Part shown: in pieces, positions 8,183-17,342 of the stretch | How positions within the stretch are numbered: position 1 is the first letter of the stretch | Layout of the letters: each line of letters opens with the position of its first letter | Virus record (IMG/VR): IMGVR_UViG_3300020045_003367 | Location: 1-44,290 of that record | Direction: 5' to 3' (one strand) | From: a virus | Taxonomy: Duplodnaviria > Caudoviricetes | Length of the DNA: 44,290 nucleotides | The notes under the pieces: model-generated | Databases searched by the model: none | Told to the model about the DNA's origin: nothing | Seen by the model: the letters and a program-made list of their open reading frames with translations, nothing else | Translations under genes and position numbers: made by a program

Positions 8183-8379
8183 AATTTTTAAATTGGTTTA
8201 AAGTTGAATTAATTGAGGTTGCTAGTGCTAAGCAGGTTAAAGAGTTAGAGCAGAAACTAAAGCAACAAGATTACGAAATAGCAATGCTTAAAGGTGAAGT
8301 TAAGAGGCTTACAATGATATCTAGCCATTTACTAGATAGAAAACCTGATTTATATTGCTATAGAAGAAAGAGGTGGTAA
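8179..8379 (+). CDS. Hypothetical coiled-coil protein
   Basis: Overlapping ORF with a GGAG RBS. Confidence 0.65.
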   Translation: MKFLNWFKVELIEVASAKQVKELEQKLKQQDYEIAMLKGEVKRLTMISSHLLDRKPDLYCYRRKRW

Positions 8380-8380
8380 A

Positions 8381-8629
8381 ATGAGAACTAATATAGCTGG
8401 TGAGGAATTATATACTCTTGATGAGTTAAAAAGTTATTTAGCCCAAAGTCCTAATATGGCTATGCAAGTATTTAAAATTAGATTACATATTATAGTTGAT
8501 ATTTATAATAAGTATCTTAAAGCACTTAGTAATAATATTACTATGGAAAAGCGAATTAAAGAATTAGAGTTTAAAGTTGCATCTCTTGAGTTAGAGACTG
8601 CTGGTAATAGATTTGTAATAATTGCTTAA
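8381..8629 (+). CDS. Hypothetical protein
   Basis: GAGGTGG RBS; tight packing. Confidence 0.7.
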   Translation: MRTNIAGEELYTLDELKSYLAQSPNMAMQVFKIRLHIIVDIYNKYLKALSNNITMEKRIKELEFKVASLELETAGNRFVIIA

Positions 8630-8639
8630 GGAGCATAAA

Positions 8640-9083
8640 ATGTATTTAGTAACATGTGTATATAAAGAAACTCAGTCAAGTAAATTTGGTGGTAAAACAT
8701 ATGATTTTGTCTCAGAAAAAGAAGAGGTTAAAGGTACTTTAGTTGTTGTCAATGACAGATATGGGTACTCACTAGTAAGAGTAGTAGATTGCTCACCTGC
8801 TTCTGCATTAGAGGCAAATCAAAACTTCTATAAACCTGTTGTTAACCTTGAAGAGATTAATAAAAAGATAGCTGATACTCAAACTAAAAAGCAATTACAA
8901 CAAGAAATTGCAAGTGAAATGTTACAACAAATTCAAGATAAAGCATTTGAGTCTTTATGTAATACTAACCCTAACCTTGCTGGTAAGATTAAACAATATA
9001 GAGACTTAGGTGGTGACTATACTCAACTCTTACCAAGTATCACTAATATTAGTATGATACAAATCGAAGGTCCAGAGTTATAA
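8640..9083 (+). CDS. Hypothetical phage protein (start moved to ATG 8640)
   Basis: AAGGAG RBS; N-terminal beta-rich segment followed by a helical C-terminus. Confidence 0.7.
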   Translation: MYLVTCVYKETQSSKFGGKTYDFVSEKEEVKGTLVVVNDRYGYSLVRVVDCSPASALEANQNFYKPVVNLEEINKKIADTQTKKQLQQEIASEMLQQIQDKAFESLCNTNPNLAGKIKQYRDLGGDYTQLLPSITNISMIQIEGPEL

Positions 9084-9613
9084 TGCAATACATTCCTGAG
9101 AATTACCTTAATCCTCTAAACTTTGAGAAGAGAATAGTTAAAATCTCTTCTCATGAGAAGTGTAATACTATAGGTGTAGCAAAGGTTTTAGATAAGAAAC
9201 GTCTAGAGCCTTCACAATATACCAAGAAGTACTATAGTAAGAGTTTTATTGATGAAGCTACTGTATATGGTACTGATACATATGCTAATAACTTAGAGCA
9301 AGCCAAAGATAAGGTAATAAAACTATACTATATAATATCTCAATACCTTACTAACATTGAGATAGCAGAGATATTACATAGTATATATTCTGATACTACA
9401 GTTAGAGCTTGGAATACTTTTATAAGAGATAGGATGAATACCTGTATGTATCATTCACCTTATCTACCTAAAGTATATAAAGGATTTATCTATATACTTA
9501 AATCACCGCATTTAAAGTACCATAAGAATACAAGAATTACTAAGCCAAATGCTTTCTTTAAAACAGTACGTATTAACCTTAGTGAAGAGATTAACATTCT
9601 AATAGAAGACTAA
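9083..9613 (+). CDS. Hypothetical basic protein
   Basis: TAATG-coupled ORF. Confidence 0.65.
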   Translation: MQYIPENYLNPLNFEKRIVKISSHEKCNTIGVAKVLDKKRLEPSQYTKKYYSKSFIDEATVYGTDTYANNLEQAKDKVIKLYYIISQYLTNIEIAEILHSIYSDTTVRAWNTFIRDRMNTCMYHSPYLPKVYKGFIYILKSPHLKYHKNTRITKPNAFFKTVRINLSEEINILIED

Positions 9614-9653
9614 TATAGTCTACGATATAATTCTTATATAAATTCAAGGAGTT
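9610..9653 (+). promoter_or_regulatory. Promoter and RBS
   Basis: TATAAT at 9626-9631, then TATAAATTCAAGGAG. Confidence 0.6.
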
Positions 9654-9657
9654 GAAG

Positions 9658-10101
9658 ATGGAAGTTAAAGTACAATTTTATGATGAGGCTGAAAGATTTA
9701 TTAGTAGGTCAGGTAAACATAATTTATGCTCAATTAAAGAGATAACATTAGAGTCTGAAGATTACTATGTTCAATTAGATGAAAGAGCTAGTAAAGAAAT
9801 AGCTTCATTTGAACTAGCAAAGCATATTATTGATAGGTTAGGCTATTATGAAATTAAAGATATACCATTTAGTGATAAGAGATTATTTACTTATCATATT
9901 GCTTTATTAACTGAAAAAGAGAAACTAAAGCTAATTAAAGAAATTGAGGCTTTAAAAGAAACAATTAAGACTTATAATCTTAGCTATACTAGTAATAATA
10001 TAGTTGAGCTTATTAAGGCTGAAGCAAGAAGTTGGAAAGATTTATATAATACTCAACTTAATAAGTCTTTATGGACTTTAATCAAAGAAAGGATATTCTA
10101 A
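9658..10101 (+). CDS. Hypothetical protein (start moved to ATG 9658)
   Basis: AAGGAG RBS before ATG 9658. Confidence 0.7.
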   Translation: MEVKVQFYDEAERFISRSGKHNLCSIKEITLESEDYYVQLDERASKEIASFELAKHIIDRLGYYEIKDIPFSDKRLFTYHIALLTEKEKLKLIKEIEALKETIKTYNLSYTSNNIVELIKAEARSWKDLYNTQLNKSLWTLIKERIF

Positions 10102-10337
10102 TGAGAGTAATTACAGATAATAACTATGGTGCTGATGCAGATGGACATAGAGGTATTACTATAAAGTTTTATGAGATTGAAGAGTCTGATAGAGAAGAGA
10201 TAACTAGTCAAGTACAAGAAGCAATTAGTATGATGAATGAGGATGAAGATTTGCCAGAAACTTTATCAATAGTTCTTATTGACCCAATCTCTGAAGAAGA
10301 TGTATACTTAGAGATAAATCCCAAAGATTACTTATAA
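10101..10337 (+). CDS. Small acidic hypothetical protein (start moved to ATG 10101)
   Basis: AAGGA RBS and TAATG coupling; YGADADGHRG motif; rich in Asp and Glu. Confidence 0.7.
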   Translation: MRVITDNNYGADADGHRGITIKFYEIEESDREEITSQVQEAISMMNEDEDLPETLSIVLIDPISEEDVYLEINPKDYL

Positions 10338-10353
10338 CACAAGGAGCAAGATA

Positions 10354-10548
10354 ATGTGGACATTAATATTCTGGTTTGGTTTTGGAGATACACCATTTGT
10401 AGTAAGTAATATAGAGTCAGTTACTGCATGTAAATCAATAGCAGGTCAAATTGAAACTACACAACGTATGCAAAGACGCCAGCATAATCGTATTGATAAC
10501 TTTAATTTCGACTTTCTTTGTGTTGATAGTAAAGGAAAGAGGGAATGA
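10354..10548 (+). CDS. Small hypothetical protein with a hydrophobic N-terminus and two Cys
   Basis: AAGGAG RBS. Confidence 0.7.
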   Translation: MWTLIFWFGFGDTPFVVSNIESVTACKSIAGQIETTQRMQRRQHNRIDNFNFDFLCVDSKGKRE

Positions 10549-11090
10549 AAGAGTATCCAACATGGCCTTTAGTTCTTACAGGATTTTTAATGGTAGGTAT
10601 TAGTGGGCATACTATTTTTACTATGCATGAAGAACATCAGCTAGAACTACAAACTCTAAATGCTAAGTTAGAAATTGTTGAGCACATAAATGAAGATTAC
10701 TATAATGAGAATAAGATACTTGCTGAAGAGATTGTATTAAGGCAAGATATTACCTCAGTTATAGTTGACGCAGCTCGTGAGTACAATATTGAGCCTATGT
10801 TATTAACTAAGGTAATTAAGTCGGAGGGTAATTTTAGACCTAATCCTTACCACAAGTTACCTTACGTGGTTGGCCCAGGCGGTATTAATACTAAAGAATG
10901 GAAACACCTTAAGCATAATCCACATAGTTATGTTGGTAATATATACTGTTCAGCTGAGATACTTAGTAAGTATTTAGAGAATAGTAGTAATCTTACTAAT
11001 GCAATAGCTAAGTATAAAGGCTTTAGTAAATTAGGCTTAAAACAAGCAAAAGAAGTAGTAAAGGATTATAGTGGGCAAGATAGAAATTAA
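10545..11090 (+). CDS. Membrane-anchored lytic transglycosylase (SLT-like)
   Basis: N-terminal TM, coiled coil, AAREYNIEPMLLTKVIKSEGNF catalytic Glu motif, NI...A.IL..Y and AIAKY. Confidence 0.75.
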   Translation: MKEYPTWPLVLTGFLMVGISGHTIFTMHEEHQLELQTLNAKLEIVEHINEDYYNENKILAEEIVLRQDITSVIVDAAREYNIEPMLLTKVIKSEGNFRPNPYHKLPYVVGPGGINTKEWKHLKHNPHSYVGNIYCSAEILSKYLENSSNLTNAIAKYKGFSKLGLKQAKEVVKDYSGQDRN

Positions 11091-11307
11091 TTGTCAGAAG
11101 TTAGCTGATACAGGTGAACAAATAGTATTTGACTCAGAAATTAACTCTGAGATGGAAGATGAAGAATTTAAGTTTATGGTACAACTATTCTTTAGTTGGC
11201 TTAAAAATAGACAAAGAGTTGACTATATGCAAGTTTCAGATTTATTAGATAGCATTTACTTACAAGATGGAGACTTAAAATTTAATGAAGGAGAGTTAGA
11301 TGAGTAA
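11071..11307 (+). CDS. Hypothetical acidic protein
   Basis: AAGGA RBS, GTG start. Confidence 0.65.
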   Translation: MGKIEINCQKLADTGEQIVFDSEINSEMEDEEFKFMVQLFFSWLKNRQRVDYMQVSDLLDSIYLQDGDLKFNEGELDE

Positions 11308-11860
11308 ACACGTAATGCTAGACCTAGAAACCTTAGGGTTATCTAGTAATTCAGCTATTATGACAGTATCTATGGTTGAATTCGGTTTGGAAACAGGTAG
11401 TATTGGTAGATGCCTAGAATTAAAGTTAAATGTTATTGAGCAATTAACTTTAAAAGGTACTGAAGTTGATATCGGAACTATACAATGGTGGCAAAATCAA
11501 TCAAATGAAGCTAAACAAAGTTTACAAATAAAAGAGGTTTCTTTTAAAGGTTTTAAAAATTGCTTTACTGCTTTTATAGAAAGTATTAAACAAACTAATA
11601 CTGAACAAGTTTTTATTTGGGGTAATGGTGCTACATTTGATAATGTTTTACTACGTAACATGTATAAAAGATTTGGTGATGAGTTGCCTATACCTTTTTA
11701 TTGCGATATGGATGTTAGAACTATAACTCAAATTGTTGATTATAGCAAATTAAAAGAACGTGTAGGAGATTTTATGGGTATTAAGCATAGAGGTCTAAGT
11801 GATTGTACGCACCAAATAAAAATGGTTCATGAAGCTATTAAAATGCTAAAGGAGAGTTAA
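11300..11860 (+). CDS. DEDDh 3'-5' exonuclease (exonuclease VIII/DUF5051-like)
   Basis: HVMLDLETLG, TIQWW, WGNGATFD, DVRT, H...SDC..Q. Confidence 0.85.
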   Translation: MSKHVMLDLETLGLSSNSAIMTVSMVEFGLETGSIGRCLELKLNVIEQLTLKGTEVDIGTIQWWQNQSNEAKQSLQIKEVSFKGFKNCFTAFIESIKQTNTEQVFIWGNGATFDNVLLRNMYKRFGDELPIPFYCDMDVRTITQIVDYSKLKERVGDFMGIKHRGLSDCTHQIKMVHEAIKMLKES

Positions 11861-12286
11861 ATGTTTGAAGAGATTAAAGAAATTTTAGTAATGCTTGCTC
11901 AGGCAGGAGGTGTTACTCTAACAGCAGCACTTAGTATAGTAGTTGCCTTTGGTATTTATAAGTTACTAACACTTGCAAGTATCTTAGTATTAATAAAGTT
12001 TATTGTAGAGAAAGTTTATAACTATGCAATTACTAAGAAAGTTAACCCAGTAGAAGAAGTTAAATACTCACTTAAAAATTCTAATATATGCGTGAGTGAT
12101 GAAATTATGTTAATGAAAATTAGTATGCTTAGTCAAGACTTGGTACATCTAAGATATAATAAAGACCTTAGTGGAATAGAATATAGAGAAAATTGGCTTC
12201 ATTCTAGTCATATGGAAGAATGTATCAAAGTCTTAAATAAAGCTTTAAAAGAGAGAATGAAAGAGCTCACTAAGGAAAAAGAATGA
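11861..12286 (+). CDS. Hypothetical membrane protein
   Basis: Two N-terminal hydrophobic segments; AAGGAG RBS. Confidence 0.7.
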   Translation: MFEEIKEILVMLAQAGGVTLTAALSIVVAFGIYKLLTLASILVLIKFIVEKVYNYAITKKVNPVEEVKYSLKNSNICVSDEIMLMKISMLSQDLVHLRYNKDLSGIEYRENWLHSSHMEECIKVLNKALKERMKELTKEKE

Positions 12287-12468
12287 GACTCTATAACCTT
12301 AATGGTAAGAGTCTTCACGAACTTAAGGCTCTTAAGACCTTAGTGGAAACTCATAATGAGTTAACGGTTGAAGAAAAAGAGGCTAATTTGCTTGCAATTA
12401 ATACTAAAATTATGGATAAAGGTGATGCTTTAGTAATAACATCAGGATTTGAAGATGCAAGTGAATAG
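12283..12468 (+). CDS. Hypothetical protein
   Basis: ATGA-coupled; AAGGA RBS. Confidence 0.65.
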   Translation: MRLYNLNGKSLHELKALKTLVETHNELTVEEKEANLLAINTKIMDKGDALVITSGFEDASE

Positions 12469-12913
12469 GCCATCAGCATACTATAAGGAGCTAGCGTATA
12501 TTACGTTAGCTCATAATCTACTAGTTATAGCTAGTACAGATATAACTATTACAGATGAAAGATATCATGCTAATAAAAAACTTACTAGAAGATTAGTAAC
12601 TTTACAACAAGAGTTAGAAGTTTTTCTAAATAAATATTTATCAGATTTTGATAAGATAAATATGCACTTAGACAAGCTTCTATGGTACCTAAAACGTGAG
12701 AAGGAAATACAACCAGATTATCTATCTTGTTATATCTTATTTACTCGTTTTATGGAGATTAGAAGAGGAAGAATTTTGCACGAAGACTTTCAATGGCTAG
12801 TAAACAAAGATGGATTAATGATAGAATGCTGTGACTTACTTAAAGAGGTAATAACAGATGACTATGAGTTTCCATCTTTAAAACTAGCAACTAAATTATC
12901 AGAGGTATTATAA
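12449..12913 (+). CDS. Hypothetical protein (start uncertain)
   Basis: Fills the operon gap; coupled to the helicase start. Confidence 0.65.
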   Translation: MKMQVNRPSAYYKELAYITLAHNLLVIASTDITITDERYHANKKLTRRLVTLQQELEVFLNKYLSDFDKINMHLDKLLWYLKREKEIQPDYLSCYILFTRFMEIRRGRILHEDFQWLVNKDGLMIECCDLLKEVITDDYEFPSLKLATKLSEVL

Positions 12914-14250
12914 TGATAAAAGAATTTTTAGAGTCAGATGAACCAGAGGCCTTTATAACTGGTCCTGCAGGTAGTGGTAAAACTACAGACTTAAAGCAAA
13001 CCGTTATTACTCTTAATGAGTTAGGTATTAACTATTTAGTTACTGCTTATACTCATAAGGCTAAAGAAGTTCTTGAGAGTAAGTTACCAGAAGGTACACC
13101 TATTAGGACTTTACACTCTTGGTTAAAGAAAAGACCAGGTATTAACTCTAAAGCTAAGCATATAAAGCATATCATGACTAATCACCAGCAAGGTAAACCT
13201 GAGCACTTACAACTACTTATAGTTGATGAGTTTAGTTTTATTAATGAAGAAGACTATATGAGTATAGGAGAACTTCAAGATGAACTAAATCTTACTACTT
13301 ACCATTGTATGAAATGCGGTACCGAAGCATCAGAAGACACAGAGTTAGAATATGATGGAGATGTATGTGGTTTTTGTGAAAAATGTAATGCAAATATGTT
13401 ATTTGAAGAGGTAGTTATACCACCTATTAAAGTACTTTATGTAGGTGACCTTAATCAACTTAGCCCAGTTAAAGGCTGGAGTGCAGTATCTCCACATAAG
13501 CCATTCTGGAAAGAGTTAACTGTAGTACATAGAAATAGTACTCAGTTACTAAAACCTCTAACTAAATTAGTTAGAATGATTGAAGGTAAAGAACCTATTA
13601 GTTATTTAAAACCTAATGAAGACTTTGTACGTAATCTAAATATAGATGAACATTATAAGTTATTGGTCTCAGATAAGATTATGCTTGCTTATACTAATAA
13701 AGCTGTAGAAGAGCACAATAGAAAAATACAAGGTAGAAGTATTCCTATTGAAGGTGATATTATCTATATACCTACTTTACGGTGTGATAAGCAATTAGTT
13801 AAGATACACTTTAAAACTAATAAGCTTATGCAGTTAACAGTACCTAGAGGATTACTAACAAGTGAAAGTAAATATAATCCATTTAAAACACTAGGAGAAT
13901 TAAACTATGTAAAATACTATGAATTTGATGATGGCACTATAGTACCAGGGATTTTTGGTAGTTACCAAAACAAACTTATTAGAGATGAACTAGGTAAAAG
14001 CTTAGTTGCTAAAAATAAAAATAATCTTGACTCTATAAAAGAGTATAAGTTATATAAGTGTATTAATGACTATGTGTCTATTATGGACTTTAATCATTGT
14101 ATGACTATTCATAAAAGTCAAGGTTCTGAATTTGACTATGTATTTATAGATAGCGCTGACTTAGCTATTTGTAAAGATATTCAAGAGCAAATGAAGTTGT
14201 TATACGTTGCAATTAGCCGAGCTCGTTGTTCTGTTTATATGAATAACTGA
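12913..14250 (+). CDS. Dda/RecD-like SF1B helicase with a Cys4 insertion
   Basis: GPAGSGKT, AYTHKA, IVDE, VGDLNQL, TIHKSQGSEF, LYVAISRA. Confidence 0.9.
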   Translation: MIKEFLESDEPEAFITGPAGSGKTTDLKQTVITLNELGINYLVTAYTHKAKEVLESKLPEGTPIRTLHSWLKKRPGINSKAKHIKHIMTNHQQGKPEHLQLLIVDEFSFINEEDYMSIGELQDELNLTTYHCMKCGTEASEDTELEYDGDVCGFCEKCNANMLFEEVVIPPIKVLYVGDLNQLSPVKGWSAVSPHKPFWKELTVVHRNSTQLLKPLTKLVRMIEGKEPISYLKPNEDFVRNLNIDEHYKLLVSDKIMLAYTNKAVEEHNRKIQGRSIPIEGDIIYIPTLRCDKQLVKIHFKTNKLMQLTVPRGLLTSESKYNPFKTLGELNYVKYYEFDDGTIVPGIFGSYQNKLIRDELGKSLVAKNKNNLDSIKEYKLYKCINDYVSIMDFNHCMTIHKSQGSEFDYVFIDSADLAICKDIQEQMKLLYVAISRARCSVYMNN

Positions 14251-14283
14251 TTAAGCTATTTTTAATGTATGATATGTTATAAT
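14251..14283 (+). promoter_or_regulatory. Extended -10 promoter
   Basis: TTAAGC..TTTAAT..TGTTATAAT, then an AAAGGA RBS. Confidence 0.7.
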
Positions 14284-14312
14284 TATTCATATTTAAAATA
14301 AAGGATTAACAG

Positions 14313-14807
14313 ATGAAAAAATCTGAACTCGTTACCACTGTTGTTGCTGCCCTGGCAGTTATTTTCGATGGCAAAGTAAAGCCACAAATTATTGATGAAG
14401 TAAATGCTAAAATCGAAGAGTTGCTTGGCCCAAAATCCCCAGGTGCTATTGTTGATACTGAGTCTGTTGTTAAACGTGATGCTGAAGGTAAAATCGTTGA
14501 ACTACAATGTGCTGTTTCTGGTGTATTCTTACCTGCAACACTTGATTACTTCTATGAAGATAAATCAGGTAAATCAGTCTTTGTTGATGCCGATGGTGTC
14601 GCTCTTAGACGTCTTTCACGTCAAGCTGAAGGCATTAGAAAAACCTTTATCAAAGTTAATACAGCTTCTGAAAAAGCAGTTCTTGAAGATGCTCTTAGTG
14701 GCGCAATCACTCAAGAAGACGGTCAAGCAAAACTGGCAGCTTTACGCGTAGCTAAACCAGACTTTAGTACTGTTGGACTTATTGTTCCAGAAGTACCGGC
14801 TGAGTAA
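14313..14807 (+). CDS. Hypothetical protein, probable paralog of 3126..3581
   Basis: Own promoter and RBS, downstream hairpin; N-terminal similarity. Confidence 0.8.
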   Translation: MKKSELVTTVVAALAVIFDGKVKPQIIDEVNAKIEELLGPKSPGAIVDTESVVKRDAEGKIVELQCAVSGVFLPATLDYFYEDKSGKSVFVDADGVALRRLSRQAEGIRKTFIKVNTASEKAVLEDALSGAITQEDGQAKLAALRVAKPDFSTVGLIVPEVPAE

Positions 14808-14808
14808 T

Positions 14809-14832
14809 TTATGAGGGAGCAATCCCTCATAA
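14809..14832 (+). terminator. Hairpin with GCAA tetraloop
   Basis: TTATGAGGGA-GCAA-TCCCTCATAA, then GTATTTT. Confidence 0.6.
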
Positions 14833-14941
14833 GTATTTTATAAGTATCACTAGTTACGCCATCAAACTCCTTGAATTGACTAGTGGTACGTATAAAGTAC
14901 TTATAATACGATAAGCACTAAACAAACCAAAAGGGATTAAA

Positions 14942-15607
14942 ATGGCAACAAAAGGTACAAAACTAAAAACTCCAATTGGAGAACTAGCGTATGTGTTTAT
15001 CGCTGGCGAAGGTAGAAATACAGCAATGCCTGGTGAACCAGCACGTATGATGTTTACTGTTAGCGTAAAGTTCAAAAAAGACTCAGCTGAGCATAAAGCT
15101 GTTAAAGACTTAATCGATACTGAGTGGAAACGCTATTGTGATGAGTCAGGTGTTAGAGGGCGTCCAAAAACTACTGGTATCAAACCAGTTATGATTGATA
15201 AAACTGATGCTAAAGGTGTAGTTGAACAAGATGAATACGGGGCACCTATTAAAATTGAAGGCCCTGATGTTTTAGTTAACTTCAGTACATCAACTAAATG
15301 GGCTGACGGTAGTGCTCAAATTGTAAAAATCTTTGACCATAAAGGTCAAGATATCACAACAGCAGTGCATTCAGCACAATGGAAAATTGGTAATGGCTCA
15401 CTAGGTATCATTCATGGTATGGCATGCGGAAATAAAGGTGGTGGTACTGAAAAAGTATCTCTATACTTATCTGCGGTTCAACTAGCTAAATTAGTTAAAT
15501 ATGAAGGTACTACAATTGATGCTGAAGAAATCGAAGGTGAAGAAATTGACCTTGGTGACTCTGGTGTACCAGCTATTCCATCACAAGATAGCACTCCAAC
15601 TCTCTAG
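14942..15607 (+). CDS. Single-stranded DNA-binding protein (T7 gp2.5-like)
   Basis: TP.GEL.Y start, IGNGS and VSLYLSAVQL motifs, acidic tail, located before DNA polymerase. Confidence 0.8.
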   Translation: MATKGTKLKTPIGELAYVFIAGEGRNTAMPGEPARMMFTVSVKFKKDSAEHKAVKDLIDTEWKRYCDESGVRGRPKTTGIKPVMIDKTDAKGVVEQDEYGAPIKIEGPDVLVNFSTSTKWADGSAQIVKIFDHKGQDITTAVHSAQWKIGNGSLGIIHGMACGNKGGGTEKVSLYLSAVQLAKLVKYEGTTIDAEEIEGEEIDLGDSGVPAIPSQDSTPTL

Positions 15608-15614
15608 TAACATT

Positions 15615-15640
15615 AGGTCTAGCGTATTCTAGGCCTTTTT
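15615..15640 (+). terminator. Intrinsic terminator
   Basis: AGGTCTAG-CGTATT-CTAGGCCT followed by TTTT. Confidence 0.7.
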
Positions 15641-15683
15641 ATTTACTAACAAATTACAGTTTAATTAAACTGAAAGGAATACC

Positions 15684-17333
15684 ATGAATTTTAAAGTTAT
15701 TAAAGACCTTAAAGAATTACCAAAATTTAGTATAGAGTACCCATGTTTTATGGATATTGAAACTGAAGAGTTCTATACTTACATTCGCTTAATTCAAATC
15801 TATCAACCTGAAACTAGTGATATTATCTATGTTCTAGATATGGATGAGCTAGACTTAAATGAAGTAAAAGCACTTATCAAGCCATTATGGTCAGTATTTC
15901 ATAATGCCTCATATGACTTTGGTACTCTTAATATGACAACTGATAAGTTTGATGATACAATCTACTTAGCACGTACTGCATACCCAGAGTGGCAAGAGTA
16001 TGGCCTTGATGAAGTAGTTGCTAAACTTGGGTTTAATAATCTATATGATGGATTAGATAAACATAAGTTACAAAAAGCAGGTTTTATTAAAGGTGCTTAT
16101 CTATCAAATGACCAGCTTAGGTATTCAGCCACTGATGTTTATGCTTTATCTCTTATATGGAAAAACGAGAGATTACAAGCAGTTAGAAATATTATAGCTT
16201 ATAAAGTAGATATCTTATCTATGAAGTATGCTATTGAGTATCAACAAAATGGGTTAATTGTTGATAGAACTTCAGTACGAAAAGAGTTAGATAAAGTTGA
16301 AATAGATATTAATGCTAATGACTCATCACTTAATGGTATTAATCCAAACTCACCAAAACAATGTAAAGAAGCTTTAAATGTAGCATCAACAGATAAACCT
16401 ACTCTTATTAGGCTTATCTCAGAAGGTAATTCATTAGCTAAAGCTATCTTTGACCAACGTCGACTTCTTAAACGTCGTACATTTTTAACTAGTTATAACA
16501 AACCAAAGGTCTTTACTAAGTTTAATGTTGCTGGTGCTGTTACTGGTAGATACACTGCTTCAGGCGGTGATTTATCTAATGGTATTAATGCTCAACAGAT
16601 TACGCGTAACCTACAGTATCTATTTAACCAAGATACCGAAGATACAGTTGTTATTGAGTGTGACTTTGGTACAGCAGAGTTACGAGCAGCAGCCTCTATC
16701 ATGAAAGAAAAAGTAATGTATGAAGAGTTAAAAGCTGGTTTAGATTTACATAAGATTGCAGCAAGCTTGGCTACAGGTAAACCATTAAGTGATATTACAA
16801 AAGACGATAGGCAAAAAGGTAAAGCAGTTAGCTTTGGATTAATCTTTGGTATGTCTGCCGCAAGCTTTATGGAATACGCTTTTACAACCTACGGTGTTAT
16901 ATTTACTTTAGAAGAATGTAAAGAGATTAAACGTAAATACCAAGAACGTTATCCTGCTATTACTAAGTATCACAATGATTGTTGGTTTAACTATAAAAAT
17001 CCTGGCTACTTTGTTACTACGGCTTTAGGACGTAGAGCAAAACCAAGACTTGGTACAGATGCAATTAATATACCTACACAAGGTACTATTGCTGAGACAA
17101 CAAAATTAGCTATCCATTATATGGTTAAAGAAGATGAACGTATCTTAGGTTATATCTATAACGTAGTTCATGACCAAATTAATGCTAGAGTTCCAAAAAC
17201 TGAGTTATTATATTGGAAAGAGTTAATGGTTAGGAACATGCAAAAGGCCTGGACAGAAATCTGCAAAACAGATTTAATGTACTATAAAGATATTCCTATG
17301 CCAGTAGATGCTGAGCATAGTCAAGCAGCTTAA
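15684..17333 (+). CDS. polA: Family A DNA polymerase with 3'-5' exonuclease
   Basis: DIET, HNASYD, YSATD; TGRY; DFGTAELR (motif A); RQKGKAVSFGLIFG (B); VHDQ (C). Confidence 0.93.
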   Translation: MNFKVIKDLKELPKFSIEYPCFMDIETEEFYTYIRLIQIYQPETSDIIYVLDMDELDLNEVKALIKPLWSVFHNASYDFGTLNMTTDKFDDTIYLARTAYPEWQEYGLDEVVAKLGFNNLYDGLDKHKLQKAGFIKGAYLSNDQLRYSATDVYALSLIWKNERLQAVRNIIAYKVDILSMKYAIEYQQNGLIVDRTSVRKELDKVEIDINANDSSLNGINPNSPKQCKEALNVASTDKPTLIRLISEGNSLAKAIFDQRRLLKRRTFLTSYNKPKVFTKFNVAGAVTGRYTASGGDLSNGINAQQITRNLQYLFNQDTEDTVVIECDFGTAELRAAASIMKEKVMYEELKAGLDLHKIAASLATGKPLSDITKDDRQKGKAVSFGLIFGMSAASFMEYAFTTYGVIFTLEECKEIKRKYQERYPAITKYHNDCWFNYKNPGYFVTTALGRRAKPRLGTDAINIPTQGTIAETTKLAIHYMVKEDERILGYIYNVVHDQINARVPKTELLYWKELMVRNMQKAWTEICKTDLMYYKDIPMPVDAEHSQAA

Positions 17334-17342
17334 GGAAGATAA

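Noticed and set aside
14404-15075. ORFs 14404..14751 and 14854..15075
   Set aside because: Alternate-frame or antisense overlaps of better-supported genes
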